From Balanoglossus misakiensis (Eukaryota > Animalia > Hemichordata): 64,000 nt of DNA. This document shows positions 11,607 through 27,067 of this stretch, piece after piece (position 1 is the stretch's first letter; every line of letters starts with the position of its first letter). The stretch is from contig CM082589.2 of the NCBI GenBank assembly GCA_040954595.2, forward strand, positions 7,623,186-7,687,185, written 5' to 3'. The notes beneath the pieces were generated by a model. The model was not told the DNA's origin. It searched no databases and saw only the letters and a list, made by a program, of their open reading frames with translations. Made by a program: the position numbers and the translations under genes.

Positions 11607-14600
11607 ACTTTCTTTCTTTATTCTTGTGTCAATTCTTTGACCCACGAGATCTCAGACATCGCTGCAGGTACACTTCTGAAACTTGCTACAGTGGTCAAGG
11701 TCAATGAGTAGTCGTGCATTAAACCCTTGAATTTTTAATTAGTCACGTGACCTGGCGGCCATATTGGATTTTCTGAAAATCTTTAAATGGCTTCTTCTCA
11801 AAAACCACAGGGCCAATCAAGTTCAAATTTGGTGTATGGTACACATGTCCTCTGCCCTTCAAAGTTTGACAATAAAATCCTGAGCGGTCACGTGACTTTG
11901 GCCGCCATATTGGATTTTCGAAAAAGTACAGTAAAATCTTCAAAAATCTTCTTCTCCAGAACCGGCAATAACCGAGTCATGGGATTTAGGGTATGACATC
12001 ACCTAACTGATGTCTATCAAGTTTGCGAAGAGCGTTGTGATTGGTCGAAGATAATGGCGGCCATATTGGATTTTGTAAAAACCAGCGAAAATTAAGAAAT
12101 CATTTTTCTAGTCTAAAAATAGATAGCATACAAATTCTTTTTATGGATATGAGTCGTCATATGACTAGAATATGTTGCAAATATTTTGGCAATTTTCACA
12201 TGACCTTTGACCTACTTTTTTAAGAACCTGCATATATGCATATATAGCTCATACAACGTGTTCTAAATGTACCAGAGTTCTGATTTTTGTGCACATTGGT
12301 ATCACCCCTGCCAGGACCTACCCCAAATATTTTGGTAATTTTGGCAATGACCTTTGACCTACTTTTGACACATCGTTTTTTTGCATATCTAATTCCAGGC
12401 TAACCTATAGGGCTATCATTTTGGTTTTTGGTGTATGTGTATTTGTATGTGATCAAAAAATTTCGCTACTTTTCATGACCCCTTTGACCTCTGCTGACCT
12501 CATTAAATATGTGCATACCTAATTACAGATGAACCAATAGACCTAGAGGTTTGGTTTTTGTTGGACATGAACCAGTATTGGGTCAAATTTTTTTGCCCAA
12601 ATGTTGGGTGACCTCGGATGACCTTTGACCTACTTTTGCATATCTCGACATCCACAGCAGATACAGCCTTGGCGTTTGGAGGTTTGGGGCCATAATGAAA
12701 AGCCAAAGTTTTGGGTCACCTGTGACACCTGCTTAACTCATTATTTATGTGCATACCTAATTCCGGGCTAACCAAAAGGGCTAGAGGTCTGGTTTTTGTT
12801 GAACATGGACCACTATGGGTCAACATTTTCTGCCCAAATTTTGGGTGACCTCAGATGACCTTTGACCTACTTAACACTATATCAGCACTAAACATAGATA
12901 TAATCTTGATATTTCATGGGATAAACCACAGCAATTTGTTTCTACTCATTAATTATGTGCATATCTAATAATCAGATCAGATAATAGAGCTTGGGCCCGG
13001 ACAATGCTGCTTGCAGCTTTAATTCTGTCTTTCCTTCTTTCTTCTTTCTTTCTTTCTTTATTCTTGTGTCAATTCTTTGTCGCTCTAGATCTCAGACACC
13101 GCTGCAGGTACACTTCTGAAACTTGCTACAGTGGTCAAGGTCAATGAGTAGTCGTGCATTGAACCTGTGAATTTTTAATTAGTCACGTGACCTGGCGGCC
13201 ATATTGGATTTTCTAAAAAAATGCAAATCTCAGATCTCAGAAACTACAAGTCAGATCAACTTCAAATTTGGCATGCTGGTAGACTACCTTCTACCCATCA
13301 TTTTTGTAATTGGAAATTATGCTGACAATGTTGCAGTTTTTTTGCTACAATTTTTTTTCTGAAATCTGGCTTAAATTTCAAAAATCTTCTTCTCCAGAAC
13401 CGGCAATAACCAAGTCACGCCGTTTGGGGTATGTGGTCACCTAACAGATGTCTATCAAGTTTGCGAAGATCATTGTGATTGGTCGAAGATTATGGCGGCC
13501 ATATTGGATTTTCGAAAAACCATAGTAAAAATTCAAAAATCTTCTTCTCCAGAACGGGCGATAACCGAGTCACAAGATTTGGTGTGTGTGGTCATTAAAG
13601 AGATGTCTATCAAGTTTGCGAAGGGAAATGTGATTGGTCGAAGATTACGGCGGCCATATTGGATTTTGTGAAAAACGATTAAAAAGTAAAAATTCCTTTT
13701 CTAGCCTAAAAATTGATAGCACAGAAATTCTTTTTATGGATATGAATCATCATATGACAAGAATAAGCTATAAATATTTTGGTAATTTTGGCAATGACCT
13801 TTGACCTACTTTTGACGAATCATTTTTCTGCATATCTAATTCCAGGCTAACCAATAGGGCTATAAGTTTGGTTTTTGATGTATGTGGATTTGTATGTGAT
13901 CAAAAAATTTTGCTAGTTTTCATGACCCCTTTAACCTCTGGTGACCTCATTAAATATGCGCATACCTAATTAATGATTAACCAATAGACCTAGAGGTGTT
14001 GTTTTTGTTATACATGGACCAGTATGGGGTCAGAATTTTTTGCCCAAATGTTGGGTGACCTCGGGTGACCTTTGACCTACTTTGGCATATCTTGAAATCC
14101 ACAGCAGATACAGCCTTGGCGTTTGGAGGTATAGGGCCATAATGAAAAGCCAAAGTTTTGGGTCACCTGTGACACCTGCTTAACTCATTATTTATGTGCA
14201 TACCTAATTCCGGGCTAACCAAAAGGGCTAGAGATCTGGTTTTTGTTGGACATAGACCACTATGGGTCAAAATATTCTGCCCAAATAATTGGTGACCTCT
14301 GGGTGACCTTTGACCTACTTAATACTATGTCAACACCAAACCTAGATATAACCTTGATATTTCATGGGATAAAACACAGCATTATGTTTCTACTCATTAA
14401 TTATGTGCATATCTAATAATCAGATCAGATAATAGAGCTTGGGCCCGGACAATGCTGCTTGCAGCTTTAATACTTTCTTTCTTTCTTTATTCTTGTGTCA
14501 ATTCTTTGACCCACGAGATCTCAGACACCGCTGCAGGTACACTTCTGAAACTTGCTACAGTGGTCAAGGTCAATGAGTAGTCGTGCATTGAACCCTTGAA

Positions 14601-15374
14601 TTTTTAATTAGTCACATGACCTGGCGGCCATCTTGGATTTTCTGAAAAAATGCAAATCTCAGATCTCAGAAACTACAAGTCAGATCGACTTCAAATTTGG
14701 CATGCTGGTAGACTACCTTCTTGCAATCATTTTTGTAATTGGAAATTATACTGACAAAGTTGCAATTTTTTGCTACAATTTTTTTTCTGAAATCTGGCTT
14801 AAATTTCAAAAATCTTCTTCTCCAGAACCAGTGATAACCGAGTCACGCGGTTTGGGGTATGTGGTCACCTAACTGATGTCTATCAAGTTTGCGAAGATCA
14901 TTGTGATTGGTTGAAGATTATGGCAGCCATATTGGATTTTCGAAAAACCATAGTAAAATTTCAAAAATCTTCTTCTCAAGAACCGGCGATAACTGAGTCA
15001 CAAGATTTGGTGTGTGTGGTCATTAAACAGATGTCTATCAAGTTTGCGAAGAGGAATGTGATTGGTCGAAGATTATGGCGGCCATATTGGATTTTGTGAA
15101 AAACGATTAAAAAGTAAAAATTCCCTTTCTAGCCTTAAAATTGATAGCACAGAAATTCTTTTTACGGATATGAATCATCATATGCCAAGAATAAGCTATA
15201 AATATTTTGGTAATTTTGGCAATGACCTTTGACCTACTTTTGACGCATGATTTTTCTGCATATCTAATTCCAGGCTAACCAATAGGGCTATAAGTTTGGT
15301 TTTTGATGTATGTGGATTTGTATGTGATCAAAAAATGTTGCTACTTTTCATGACCCCTTTGACCTCTGGTGACC

Positions 15375-16460
15375 TCATTAAATATGCACATACCTAATTA
15401 CAGATGAACCAATAGACCTAGAAGTTTTGTTTTTGTTATACATGGACCAGTATGGGGTCAAAATATTTTGCCCAAATTTTGGGTGACCTCGGGTGACCTT
15501 TGACCTACTTTTGCATATCTTGACATCCACAGCAGATACAGCCTTGGCGTTTGGAGGTATGGGGCAATAATGAAAAGCCAAAGTTTTGGGTCACCTGTGA
15601 TACCTGCTTAACTCATTAATTATGTGCATACCTAATTCTAGGCTAACCAAAAGGGCTAGAGGTCTGTTTTTTGATGGACATGGACCACTATGGGTCAAAA
15701 TTTTCTGCCCAAATTTTGGATGACCTCAGATGACCTTTGACGTACTTTTGCATATCTCGGCATCCAAAGCAGGTACAGCCTTGGCATTTGGAGGTATGGG
15801 GCCATAATGAAAAGCCAAAGTTTTGGGTCACCTGTGACACCTGCTTTACTCATTATTTATGTGCATACCTAATTCTAGGCTAACCAAAAGGGCTAGAGGT
15901 CTGTTTTTTGTTGGATATGGACCACTATGGGTCAAAATTTTCTGCCCAAATTTTGGATGACCTCGGGTGACCTTTGACCTACTTTTGCATATCTTGACAT
16001 CCACAGCAGATACAGCCTTGGCGTTTGGAGGTATGGGGCCATAATGTAAAGCCAAAGTTTTGGGTCACCTGTGACACCTGCTTAACTCATTAATTATGTG
16101 CATACCTAATTCTAGGCTAACCAAAAGGGCTAGAGGTCTGTTTTTTGATGGACATGGACAACTATGGGTCAAAATTTTCTGCCCAAATTTTGGATGACCT
16201 CAGATGACCTTTGACGTACTTTTGCATATCTCGGCATCCAAAGCAGGTACAGCCTTGTCATTTGGAGGTATGGGGCCATAATGAAAAGCCAAAGTTTTGG
16301 GTCACCTGTGACACCTGCTTTACGCATTATGTATGTGCATACCTAATTCCAGGCTAACCAAAAGGGCTAGAGGTCTGGTTTTTGTTGGACATGGACCACT
16401 ATGGGTCAAAATTTTCTGCCCAAATGTTGGGTGACCTCTGGGTGACCTTTGACCTACTTA
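15375..16460 (+). repeat. 237-bp internal tandem repeat expanded to ~4.5 copies in element 3
   Basis: TCACCTGTGA landmark recurs at 15591, 15828, 16065, 16302. Confidence 0.9.
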
Positions 16461-19400
16461 ACACTTTAACAGCACCAAACATACATATAACCTTGATATT
16501 TCATGGGATAAAACAGCATTATGTTTCTACTCATTAATTATGTGCATATCTAATATCAGATCAGATAATAGAGCTTGGGCCCGGACAATGCTGCTTGCAG
16601 CTTTAATCTTTCTTTCTTCTTTCTTTATTCTTGTGTCAATTCTTTGTCGCTCTAGATCTCAGACACCACTGCAGGTACACTTCTGAAACTTGCTACAGTG
16701 GTCAAGGTCAATGAGTAGTCGTGCATTGAACCCTTGAATTTCTAATTAGTCACATGACCTGGCAGCCATCTTGGATTTTCTGAAAATATGCAAATCTCAG
16801 ATCTCAGAAACTACAAGTCAGATCGACTTCAAATTTGGCGTGCAGGTAGACTACCTTCTGCTTATCATTTTTGTAATTGGAAATTTTGCTGTCAATGTTG
16901 CAGTTTTTTTGCTACAGTTGTTTTTCTGAAATCTGGTCAAAATTTCAAAAATCTTCTTCTCCAGAACCGGCGATAACCGAGTCACGCGGTTTGGGGTATG
17001 TGGTCACCAAACTGAGGTCTATCAAGTTTGCGAAGATCATTGTGATTGGTGGAAGATTATGGCGGCCATATTGGATTTTCGAAAAACCCTAGTAAAATTT
17101 CAAAAATCTTCTTCTCAAGAACCGGCGATAACCGAGTCACAAGATTTGGTGTGTGTGGTCATTAAACAGATGTCTATCAAGTTTGCGAAGATCATTGTGA
17201 TTGGTCGAAGATTTTGGCGGCCATATTGGATTTTGTGAACAACGATTAAAAAGTAAAAATTCTGTTTCTAGCCTAAAAATTGATAGCACAGAAATTCTTT
17301 TTATGGATATGAATCATCATATGACAAGAATAACCTATAAATATTTTGATAATTTTGGCAATGACCTTTGACCTACTTTTGACGAATCATTTTTCTGCAT
17401 ATCTAATTCCAGGCTAACCAATAGGGCTATAAGTTTGGTTTTTGATGTATGTGGATTTGTATGTGATCAAAAAATTTTGCTACTTTTCATGACCCCTTTG
17501 ACCTCTGCTGACCTCATTAAATATGCATATACCTAATTACAGATGAACCAATAGACCTAGAGGTTTTGCTTTTGTTATACATGGACCAGTATGGGGTCAA
17601 AATATTTTGCCCAAATGTTGGGTGACCTCGGGTGACTTTTGACCTATTTAACACTATATTAGCATCAGATCAGATAATAGAGCTTGGGCCCGGACAATGC
17701 TGCTTGCAGCTTTAATTCTTTCTTTCTTTAGGGCCCAAGCGCATACCAGCGCTTGGGCCCTATTGGTTTCGTTGGGGTTTTTCAGTCTTTCTTTCCTTCT
17801 TTATTCTTGGTTCCATTTTTCGGCCACCTAAATCTCAAAAACTGCAGCACCAACCAGGCTGAAACTTGGTAGGCAGATAGGGGCCAATCAGTAGATGTGC
17901 AGTGGCTCGTGAATATTTAATTAGTCACGTGACCTGGCGGCCATATTGGATTTTCTGAAAAAATGCAAATCTCAGATCTCAGAAACTACAAGTCAGATTG
18001 ACTTCAAATTTGGTGTGCAGCTAGTATACCTTATGCCCATCATTTTTGTAATTGGATATTATGCTGTCAATGTTGCAGTTTTTTTGCTACAGTTGTTTTT
18101 CTGAAATCTGGTCAAATTTTCAAAAATCTTCTTCTCCAGAACCGGCGATAACCGAGTCACGCCATTTGAGGTATGTGGTCACCCAACTGATGTCTATCAA
18201 GTTTGCGAAGATCATTGTGATTGGTCGAAGATTATGGCGGCCATATTGGATTTTCGAAAAACCATAGTAAAACTTCAAAAATCTTCTTCTCAAGAACGGG
18301 CGATAACCGAGTCACAAGATTTGGTGTGTGTGGTCATTAAACAGATGTCTATCAAGTTTGCGAAGGGGAATGTGATTGGTCGAAGATTATGGCGGCCATA
18401 TTGGATTTTGTGAAAAACGATTAAAAAGTAAAAATTCCCTTTCTAGCCTAAAAATTGATAGCACAGAAATTCTTTTTATGGATATGAATCATCATATGAC
18501 AAGAATAAGCTATAAATATTTTGGTAATTTTGGCAATGACCTTTGACCTACTTTTGACGCATCATTTTTCTGCATATCTAATTCTAGGCTAACCAATAGG
18601 GCTATAAGTTTGGTTTTTGATGTATGTGGATTTGTATGTGATCAAAAAATTTTGCTACTTTTCATGACCCCTTTGACCTCTGCTGACCTCATTAAATATG
18701 CACATACCTAATTACAGATGAACCGATAGACCTAGAGATTTTGTTTTTGTTATACATGGACCAGTATGGGGTCAAAATATTTTGCCCAAATGTTGGGTGA
18801 CCTCGGGTGACCTTTGACCTACTTTTGCATATCTCGACATCCACAGCAGATACAGCCTTGGCATTTGGAGGTATGGGGCCATAATGAAAAGCCAAAGTTT
18901 TGGGTCACCTGTGACACCTGCTTTACTCATTATTTATGTGCATACCTAATTCCGGGCTAACCAAAATGGCTAGAGGTCTGGTTTTTGTTGGACATGGACC
19001 ACTATGGGTCAAAATGTTCTGCCCAAATTGTGGATGACCCCTGGGTGACCTTTGATGTTTCTACTCATTAATTATGTGCATATCTAATAATCAGATCAGA
19101 TAATAGAGCTTGGGCCCGGACAATGCTGCTTGCAGCTTTAATTCTTTCTTTCTTTTTTCTTGTGTCAATTCTTCGGCCAACTAAATCTCTGAAACTACTG
19201 CAGGTACACTGCTCAAACTTGCTACAGTGGTCAAGGTCTATGAGTAGATGTGCAGTGACTTGTGAATACTTAATTAGTCACGTGACTTGGCGGCCATATT
19301 GGATTTTCTGAAAAAATGCAAATCTCAGATCTCAGAAACTACAAGTCAGATCGACTTCAAATTTGGCATGCAGGTAGACTACCTTCTACTCATCATTTTT

Positions 19401-20559
19401 GTAATTGGAAATTTTGCTGTCAATGTTGCAGTTTTTTTGCTACAATTTTTTTTCTGAAATCTGGCTTAAATTTCAAAAATCTTCTTCTCCAGAACCGGTG
19501 ATAACCGAGACACGCGGTTTAGGGTATGTGGTCACCTAACTGATGTCTATCAAGTTTGCGAAGATCATTGTGATTGGTCGAAGATTATGGCGGCCATATT
19601 GGATTTTCGAAAAACCATAGTTAAACTGCAAAAATCTTCTTCTCCAGAACGGGCGATGACTTAGTCGCAAGATTCGAGGAGTATGGTCACTACACTGATG
19701 TCTATCAAGTTTGCAAAGAGCATTGTGATTGGTCGGAGATTATGGCGGCCATATTGGATTTTGTAAAAAGCAGTGAAAAATTGAAATTCCTTTTTCTAGT
19801 CTAAAAATTGATAGCATACAAATTCTTTTTATGGATATCAATCGTCATGTGACTAAAATGTGTTACAATTTTTTGGCGATTTTTCACATGACCTTTGACC
19901 TACTTATCACGCGTTATTATTTCTGCATATCTAATTCCAGGCTAACCTGTAGGGCTAGACGTTTGGTTTTTGATGAATGTGGATTAATGTGTGATCAAAA
20001 TATTTTGCTACTTTTCATGACCCCTTTGACCTCTGCTGACCTCATTAATTATGTGCATAGCTAATTACAGGCGAACCAATAGAGCTAGAGGTTTGGTTTT
20101 TGTTGGACATGGACCAGAATGGGATCAAAATTTTTTGCCCAAATGTTGCGTGACCTCTGGTGACCTTTGACCTACTTTCGCATATCTCAGCATCCAGAGC
20201 AGATACAGCCATGGCATTTGGTAGGATGGGACCAAAATGTAAAGCCACATTTTTGGGTCAACTGTGACACCTGCTGACCTCATTAAATATGCACATACCT
20301 AATTACACGCAAACCAATAGAGCTAGAGTTTTGGTTTTTATTGGACATTATGGGTAAAAAAAAATTACCCAAATGTTGGGTGACCTCAGGTGACCTTTGA
20401 CCTACTTCACCCTATTTCAGCAGCAAAAATACACACATCCTTGTTATGTCATGAGATAATACATCCGATAGAAAATTCTGCTTCTTCTCATTCACACTGT
20501 GCATATATAATTCAAGATCAGCGCTTGGGCCCGACAATGCTGCTCGCAGCTTTAATTCT

Positions 20560-23500
20560 TTAGGGCACAAGCGCCCTCAGGCGCTTGTGCCCTATTGGTT
20601 TTACCCTGTTTTTTAGGGCACAAGCCAAGCAGGCTTGTGCCCTATTGGTATTACTGGGGTTTTTCATCTTTTTTTTTTTTTTTTTTTTCTTGTGTAGTTT
20701 TTTTGCTCAGGTAGATCTTGAAAACGGCTGAACCTACAAATCTCAAACTTGGCACAGTGGTGCAGGCCTATGAGAGCTGGTGCAGTATTCTCGTGAATGT
20801 TTAATAAGTCATGTGACCTGATGTCCATATATGGGCAAAGTTTTCAAATGGGCCTAATTTGCATATGAATGGAGATATCAAAATTCTTTTAGCGATTTTT
20901 GCGGACCATGTGGTCAGTGTCCTACATGCCAAATGTCAAGGCCGTGGGCCAAGTCTATTTTGAGAAGAAGATTTTTTTATTTTTCATATTTTTGGACCCA
21001 GCCATAGGCCTATACTTTCTATAGTTAAGCTATGATGCTATGTCCACGTCGGCTGTGCAATGGTCCTGTACAGTGACTATCTATTGGCCCGTGAGCAGAA
21101 TTGGACCACAATAAAAGGCAAAATTTTGGGCTCACCTGTAACACCTGCTTAACTCATTAATTATGTGCATACCTAATTCCAGGCTAACTAATACGGCTAG
21201 AGGTTTTGTTCTTGTGGGACTTGGACCAGTATGGGATCGAAAATTTTTGCCCAAATTTTGGGTGACCTCAAGTGACCTTTGACCTACTTTCCTATATCTC
21301 GGCATCCACAGCATTTACAGACTTGGCGTTTGGAGGGTTGTGACTAAAATTGAAAAGACTTAATTATGTGCATACCTAATTCCAGGCTAGCCAATAGGGC
21401 TAGAGGTTTGATTTTTGTTGAACATGGACCAGTATGAGGTTAAAATTTCTTGCCCAATTTTAGGTGACCTCAGGTGACCTTTGACCTACTTTACCATATC
21501 TCGGCAACCAGCGCAGATACAGCCTTAGCATTTGGAGGCATGGAACTCCTAATGAAGCCTTATACTTTACCTCATTAATTATGTGCATATCTAATTCTAG
21601 GTGAACCAATAGGGTTAGAGGTCTGATTTTTGTTAGACCTGGACTGGTATGGGGGTCAAAACTTTTTACCCAATTTTTTGGTGACCACATATGACCTTTG
21701 ACCTTCGGCTTAAGCTTGGGCCCGTCATCGCTGCTTGCAGCTATATTTCTTCTACTTCTTTTTCTTGTGCAGTTTTTTTGCCAACTAGGATCTTGGAAAC
21801 GGCTGAAGCTACGAATCTCAAACTTGGCACAATGGTGCAGGTCTATGAGAGCTCGTGCAGTACCCTCGTGAATGTGTAATTAGTCACATGACCTGATGAC
21901 CATATATGGGCAAAGTTTTCAAATGGGCCTAATTTGCATAGTAATGGAGATATCTAAATTCTTTTAGCGATTTTAGCAGACCATGTGGTCAGTGTCCTAC
22001 ATGCCAAATTTCAAGGCCCTGGGCCAAGTCAAGTTTGAGAAGAAGATTTTTAAATATTATATTTCATATTTTTTGTACCCATGAGCCTATACTGTCTTTA
22101 GTTAAGGTGTGATGCTATTCCCACATCTGTGCAATGGTCCTGTACAGTGACAGTCTATTGGCAGTGAGCAGAATGGGACCAAAATAAAAGGCAGAATTTT
22201 GGGCTCACCTGTAACACCTGCTTAACTCATTAATTATGTGCATACCTAATTCTGGGCTAACTAATAGGGCTAGAGGTTTCGTGCTTGTGGGACATGGACC
22301 ATTATAGGGTCAAAATTTCTTGCCCAAATTTTGCATGACCTCAGGTGACCTTTGACCTACTTTCCTATATCTCGTCATCCAGAGCAGGTACAGACTTTGA
22401 GTTTGGAGGGTTGGGACTATAATTGAAAAGCCAAAATTTGGGGTCACCTGTGACACCTGCTTATCTCATTAATTATGTGCATACCTAATTCCAGGCTAAC
22501 CAATAGGGCTAGAGGTTTGATTTTCGTTGAACGTGGACCACTATGGGATAAAATTTCTTGCCAAAATTTTGGGTGACCTCAGGTGACCTTTGACCTACTT
22601 TACCATATCTCGGCAACCAGAGCAGATACAGCCTTGGCATTTGGAGGGATGGAACTCCTAATGGAGCCTTACACTTTACCTCATTAATTATGTGCATACC
22701 TAATTCCAGGCTAGCCAATAGAGCTAGAGGTTTGATTTTTGTTGAACATGGACCAGTATGGGATTAAAATTTCTTGCCCAATTTTGGGTGACCTCAGGTG
22801 ACCTTTGACCTACTTTCCTATATCTCGGCATCCAGAACAGGTACAGCATTTGTGTTTGGATGGATCGAACTTTTGCCCAAATTTTGGGTGACCACATATG
22901 ACCTTTGACCTTCAGCTTAAGCTTGTGCCCGTCATCGCTGCTTGCAGCTATATATATATATTTTTTTTTCTTGTGTAGTTTTTTTGCTCAGTTAGATCTT
23001 GAAAACGGCTGAACCTACAAATCTCAAACTTGGCACAGTGGTGCAGGTCTATGAGAGCTCGTGCAGTACCCTCGTGAATGTGTAATTAGTCACATGACCT
23101 GATGACCATATATGGGCAAAGTTTTCAAATGGGCCTAATTTGCATATGAATGACGATATCAAAATTCTGTGCAATCATTTTGCTGACCATATGGTCAGTG
23201 TCCTACATGCCAAATTTCAAGGCTCTGGGCCAAGTCAATTTTGAGAAGAAGATTTGTAAATATTATATTTCATATTTTTTGGACCCAGCCATAGGCCTAT
23301 ACTTTCTATAGTTAAGCTATGATGCTATGTCCACATCTGTGCAATGTTTAAAAGCCAAAATTGGGGGTCACCTGTGACACCTACTTATCTCATTAATTAT
23401 GTGCATACCTAATTCCAGGCCAACCAATAGGGTTATAGGTTTGGTTTTTGTTGAACATGGACCAGTATAGGGTCAAAATTTCTTGCCCAAATTTTGGGTG

Positions 23501-24019
23501 ACCTCAGGTGACCTTTGACCTACTTTCCTATATCTCCGCTTCCAGAGCAGGTACAGATTTGGCGTTTGGAGGGTTGGGACTAAAATTTAAAAGCCAAAAT
23601 TGGGGGTCACCTGTGACACCTGCTTATCTCATTAATTATGTGCATACCTAATTCCAGGCTAACCAATAGGGCTAGAGGTTTAATTTTTGCTGAACATGGA
23701 CCAGTATGGGGTCAAAATTTCTTGCCCAAATTTTGGGTGACCTCAGGTGACCTTTGACCTACTTTACCATATCCCGGCATGCACAGCAGCTACAGCCTTG
23801 GCATTTGGAGGGATGGAACTCCTGATGGAGCCTTACACTTTATCTCATTAATTATGCACATACATAATTGTAGGCGAACCAATAGGGCTAGAGATTTTGT
23901 TCTTGTGGGACACGGACCAGTATGGGGTCAAAATTTCTTGCCCAAATTTTGGGTGACCACTTATGACCTCTGACCTTCGGCTTAAGCTTGGGCCCGTCAT
24001 CGCTGCTTGCAGCTATATT
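20560..24019 (+). mobile_element. Three divergent 'type B' elements with two GGGCACAAGC heads
   Basis: Distinct body sequence (AAACGGCTGAA..CTCAAACTTGGCACA); tails GCTTG(G/T)GCCCGTCATCGCTGCTTGCAGCTATAT; heads at 20563 and 20616. Confidence 0.8.
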
Positions 24020-25819
24020 TAGGGCCCAAGCGCATACCAGCGCTTGGGCCCTATTGGTTTCGTTGGGGTTTTTCTTTCTTTCTTTCTTTCTTTATTCTTC
24101 TGTCATTTCTTTGTCGCTCTAGATCTCAGACACCACTGCAGGTACAGTTCTCAAACTTGCTACAGTGGTCAAGGTCAATGAGTAGTCGTGCATTGAACCC
24201 ATGAATTTTTAATTAGTCACATGACCTGGCGGCCATCTTGGATTTTCTGAAAAAATGCAAATCTCAGATCTCAGAAACTACAAGTCAGATCGACTTCAAA
24301 TTTGGCGTGCAGGTAGACTACCTTATGTCAAACATTTTTGTAATTGGAAATTATGCTGTCAATGTTGCAGTTTTTTTGCTACAATTTTTTTTCTGAAATC
24401 TGGCTTGAATTTCAAAAATCTTCTTCTCCAGAACCAGTGATAACCGAGACATGGGATTTGGGGTATGTGGTCACCTAACTGATGTCTATCAAGTTTGCGA
24501 AGATCATTGTGATTGGTCGAAGATTATGGCGGCCATATTGGATTTTCGAAAAACCCTAGTAAAATTTCAAAAATCTTCTTCTCAAGAACCAGCGATAACC
24601 GAGTCACAAGATTTTGTGTGTGTGGTCATTCAACAGATGTCTATCAAGTTTGCGAAGAGGAATGTGATTGGTCGAAGATTATGGCGGCCATATTGGATTT
24701 TCTTAAAAACGATTAAAGAGTAAAAATTCCCTTTCTAGCCTAAAAATTGATAGCACAGAAATTCTTTTTATGGATATGAATCATCATATAACAAGAATAA
24801 GCTATAAATATTTTGGTAATTTTGGCAATGACCTTTGACCTACTTTTGACGCATCAATTTTCTGCATATCTAATTCCAGGCTAACCAATAGGGCTATAAG
24901 TTTGGTTTTTGATGTATGTGGATTTGTATGTGATCAAACAATTTTGGTACTTTTCATGACCCCTTTGACCTCTGCTGACCTCATTAAATATGCGCATACC
25001 TAATTGCAGGTGAACCAATAGACCTAGAGGTTTTGTTTTTGTTGGACAGGACAAGTATAGGGTCAAAAATTTTTACCCAAATTTTGGGTGACCTCTGGTG
25101 ACCTTTGACCTAATTTCGCAAATCTCAGCATCCACAGCAGATACAGCCTTGGCGTTTGGAGGTATGGGGCCATAATGAAAAGCCAAAGTTTTGGGTCACC
25201 TGTGACACCTGCTTAACTCATTATTTATGTGCATACCTAATTCCGGGCTAACCAAAAGGGTTAGAGGTCTGGTTTTTGTTGGACATGGACCACTATGGGT
25301 CAAAATTTTCTGCACAAACTGTGGGTGACCTCTGACCTACTTAACACTATATCAGCACTAAACATAGATATAATCTTGATATTTCATGGGATAAAACACA
25401 GCATTATGTTTCTACTCATTAATTATGTGCATATCTAATAATCAGATCAGATAATAGAGCTTGGGCCCGGACAATGCTGCTTGCAGCTTTAATTCTTTCT
25501 TTATTCTTATGTCAATTCTTTGTCGCTCTAGATCTCAGACACCACTGCAGGTACAGTTTTCAAACTTGCTACAGTGGTCAAGGTCAATGAGTAGTCGTGC
25601 ATTGAACCCATGAATTTTTAATTAGTCACGTGACCTGGCGGCCATATTGGATTTTCTGAAAAAATGCAAATCTCAGATCTCAGAAACTACAAGTCAGATC
25701 AACTTCAAATTTGGCATGCTGGTAGACTACCTTCTGCCCATCATTTTTGTAATTGGAAATTATGCTGACAATGTTGCAGTTTTTTTGCTACAATTTTTTT
25801 TCTGAAATCTGGCTTAAAT

Positions 25820-26275
25820 TTCAAAAATCTTCTTCTCCAGAACCGGCGATAACCGAGTCACGCCGTTTGGGGTATGTGGTCACCTAACAGATGTCTATCA
25901 AGTTTGCGAAGATCATTGTGATTGGTCGAAGATTATGGCGGCCATATTGGATTTTCGAAAAACCCTAGTAAAATTTCAAAAATCTTCTTCTCCAGAACCG
26001 GCGATAACCGAGTCACGCCGTTTGGGGTATGTGGTCACCTAACAGATGTCTATCAAGTTTGCGAAGATCATTGTGATTGGTTGAAGATTATGGCGGCCAT
26101 ATTGGATTTTCGAAAAACCATAGTAAAACTTCAAAAATCTTCTTCTCAAGAACGGGCGATAACTGAGTCACAAGATTTGGTGTGTGTGGTCATTAAACAG
26201 ATGTCTATCAAGTTTGCGAAGGGGAATGTGATTGGTCGAAGATTATGGCGGCCATATTGGATTTTGTGAAAAATG
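25820..26275 (+). repeat. 155-bp internal tandem repeat, three copies (two in most elements)
   Basis: AAAATCTTCTTCTC landmark at 155-bp spacing (25824, 25979, 26134). Confidence 0.9.
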
Positions 26276-27067
26276 ATTAAAAAGTAAAAATTCCTTTTCT
26301 AGCCTAAAAATTGATAGCACAGAAATTCTTTTTATGGATATGAATCATCATATGACAAGAATAAGCTATAAATATTTTGGTAATTTTGGCAATGACCTTT
26401 GACCTACTTTTGACGCATCATGTTTCTGCATATCTAATTCCAGGCTAACCAATAGGGCTATAAGTTTGGTTTTTAATGTATGTGGATTTGTATGTGATCA
26501 AAAAATGTTGCTACTTTTCATGACCCCTTTGACCTCTGGTGACCTCATTAAATATGCGCATACCTAATTAATGATGAACCAATAGACCTAGAGGTTTTGT
26601 TTTTGTTATACATGGACCAGTATGGGGTCAAAATTTGTTGCCCAAATGTTGGGTGACCTCAGGTGACCTTTGACCTACTTTGGCATATCTTGACATCCAC
26701 AGCAGATACAGCCTTGGCGTTTGGAGGTATAGGGCCATAATGAAAAGCCAAAGTTTCGGGTCACCTGTGACACCTGCTTAACTCATTATTTATGTGCATA
26801 CCTAATTCCGGGCTAACCAAAAGGGCTAAAGATCTGGTTTTTGTTGGACATAGACCACTATGGGTCAAAATATTCTGCCCAAATAATTGGTGACTTGGTG
26901 ACCTTTGACCTACTTAATACTATGTCAACACCAAACCTAGATATAACCTTGATATTTCATGGGATAAAACACAGCATTATGTTTCTACTCATTAATTATG
27001 TGCATATCTAATAATCAGATCAGATAATAGAGCTTGGGCCCGGACAATGCTGCTTGCAGCTTTAATT

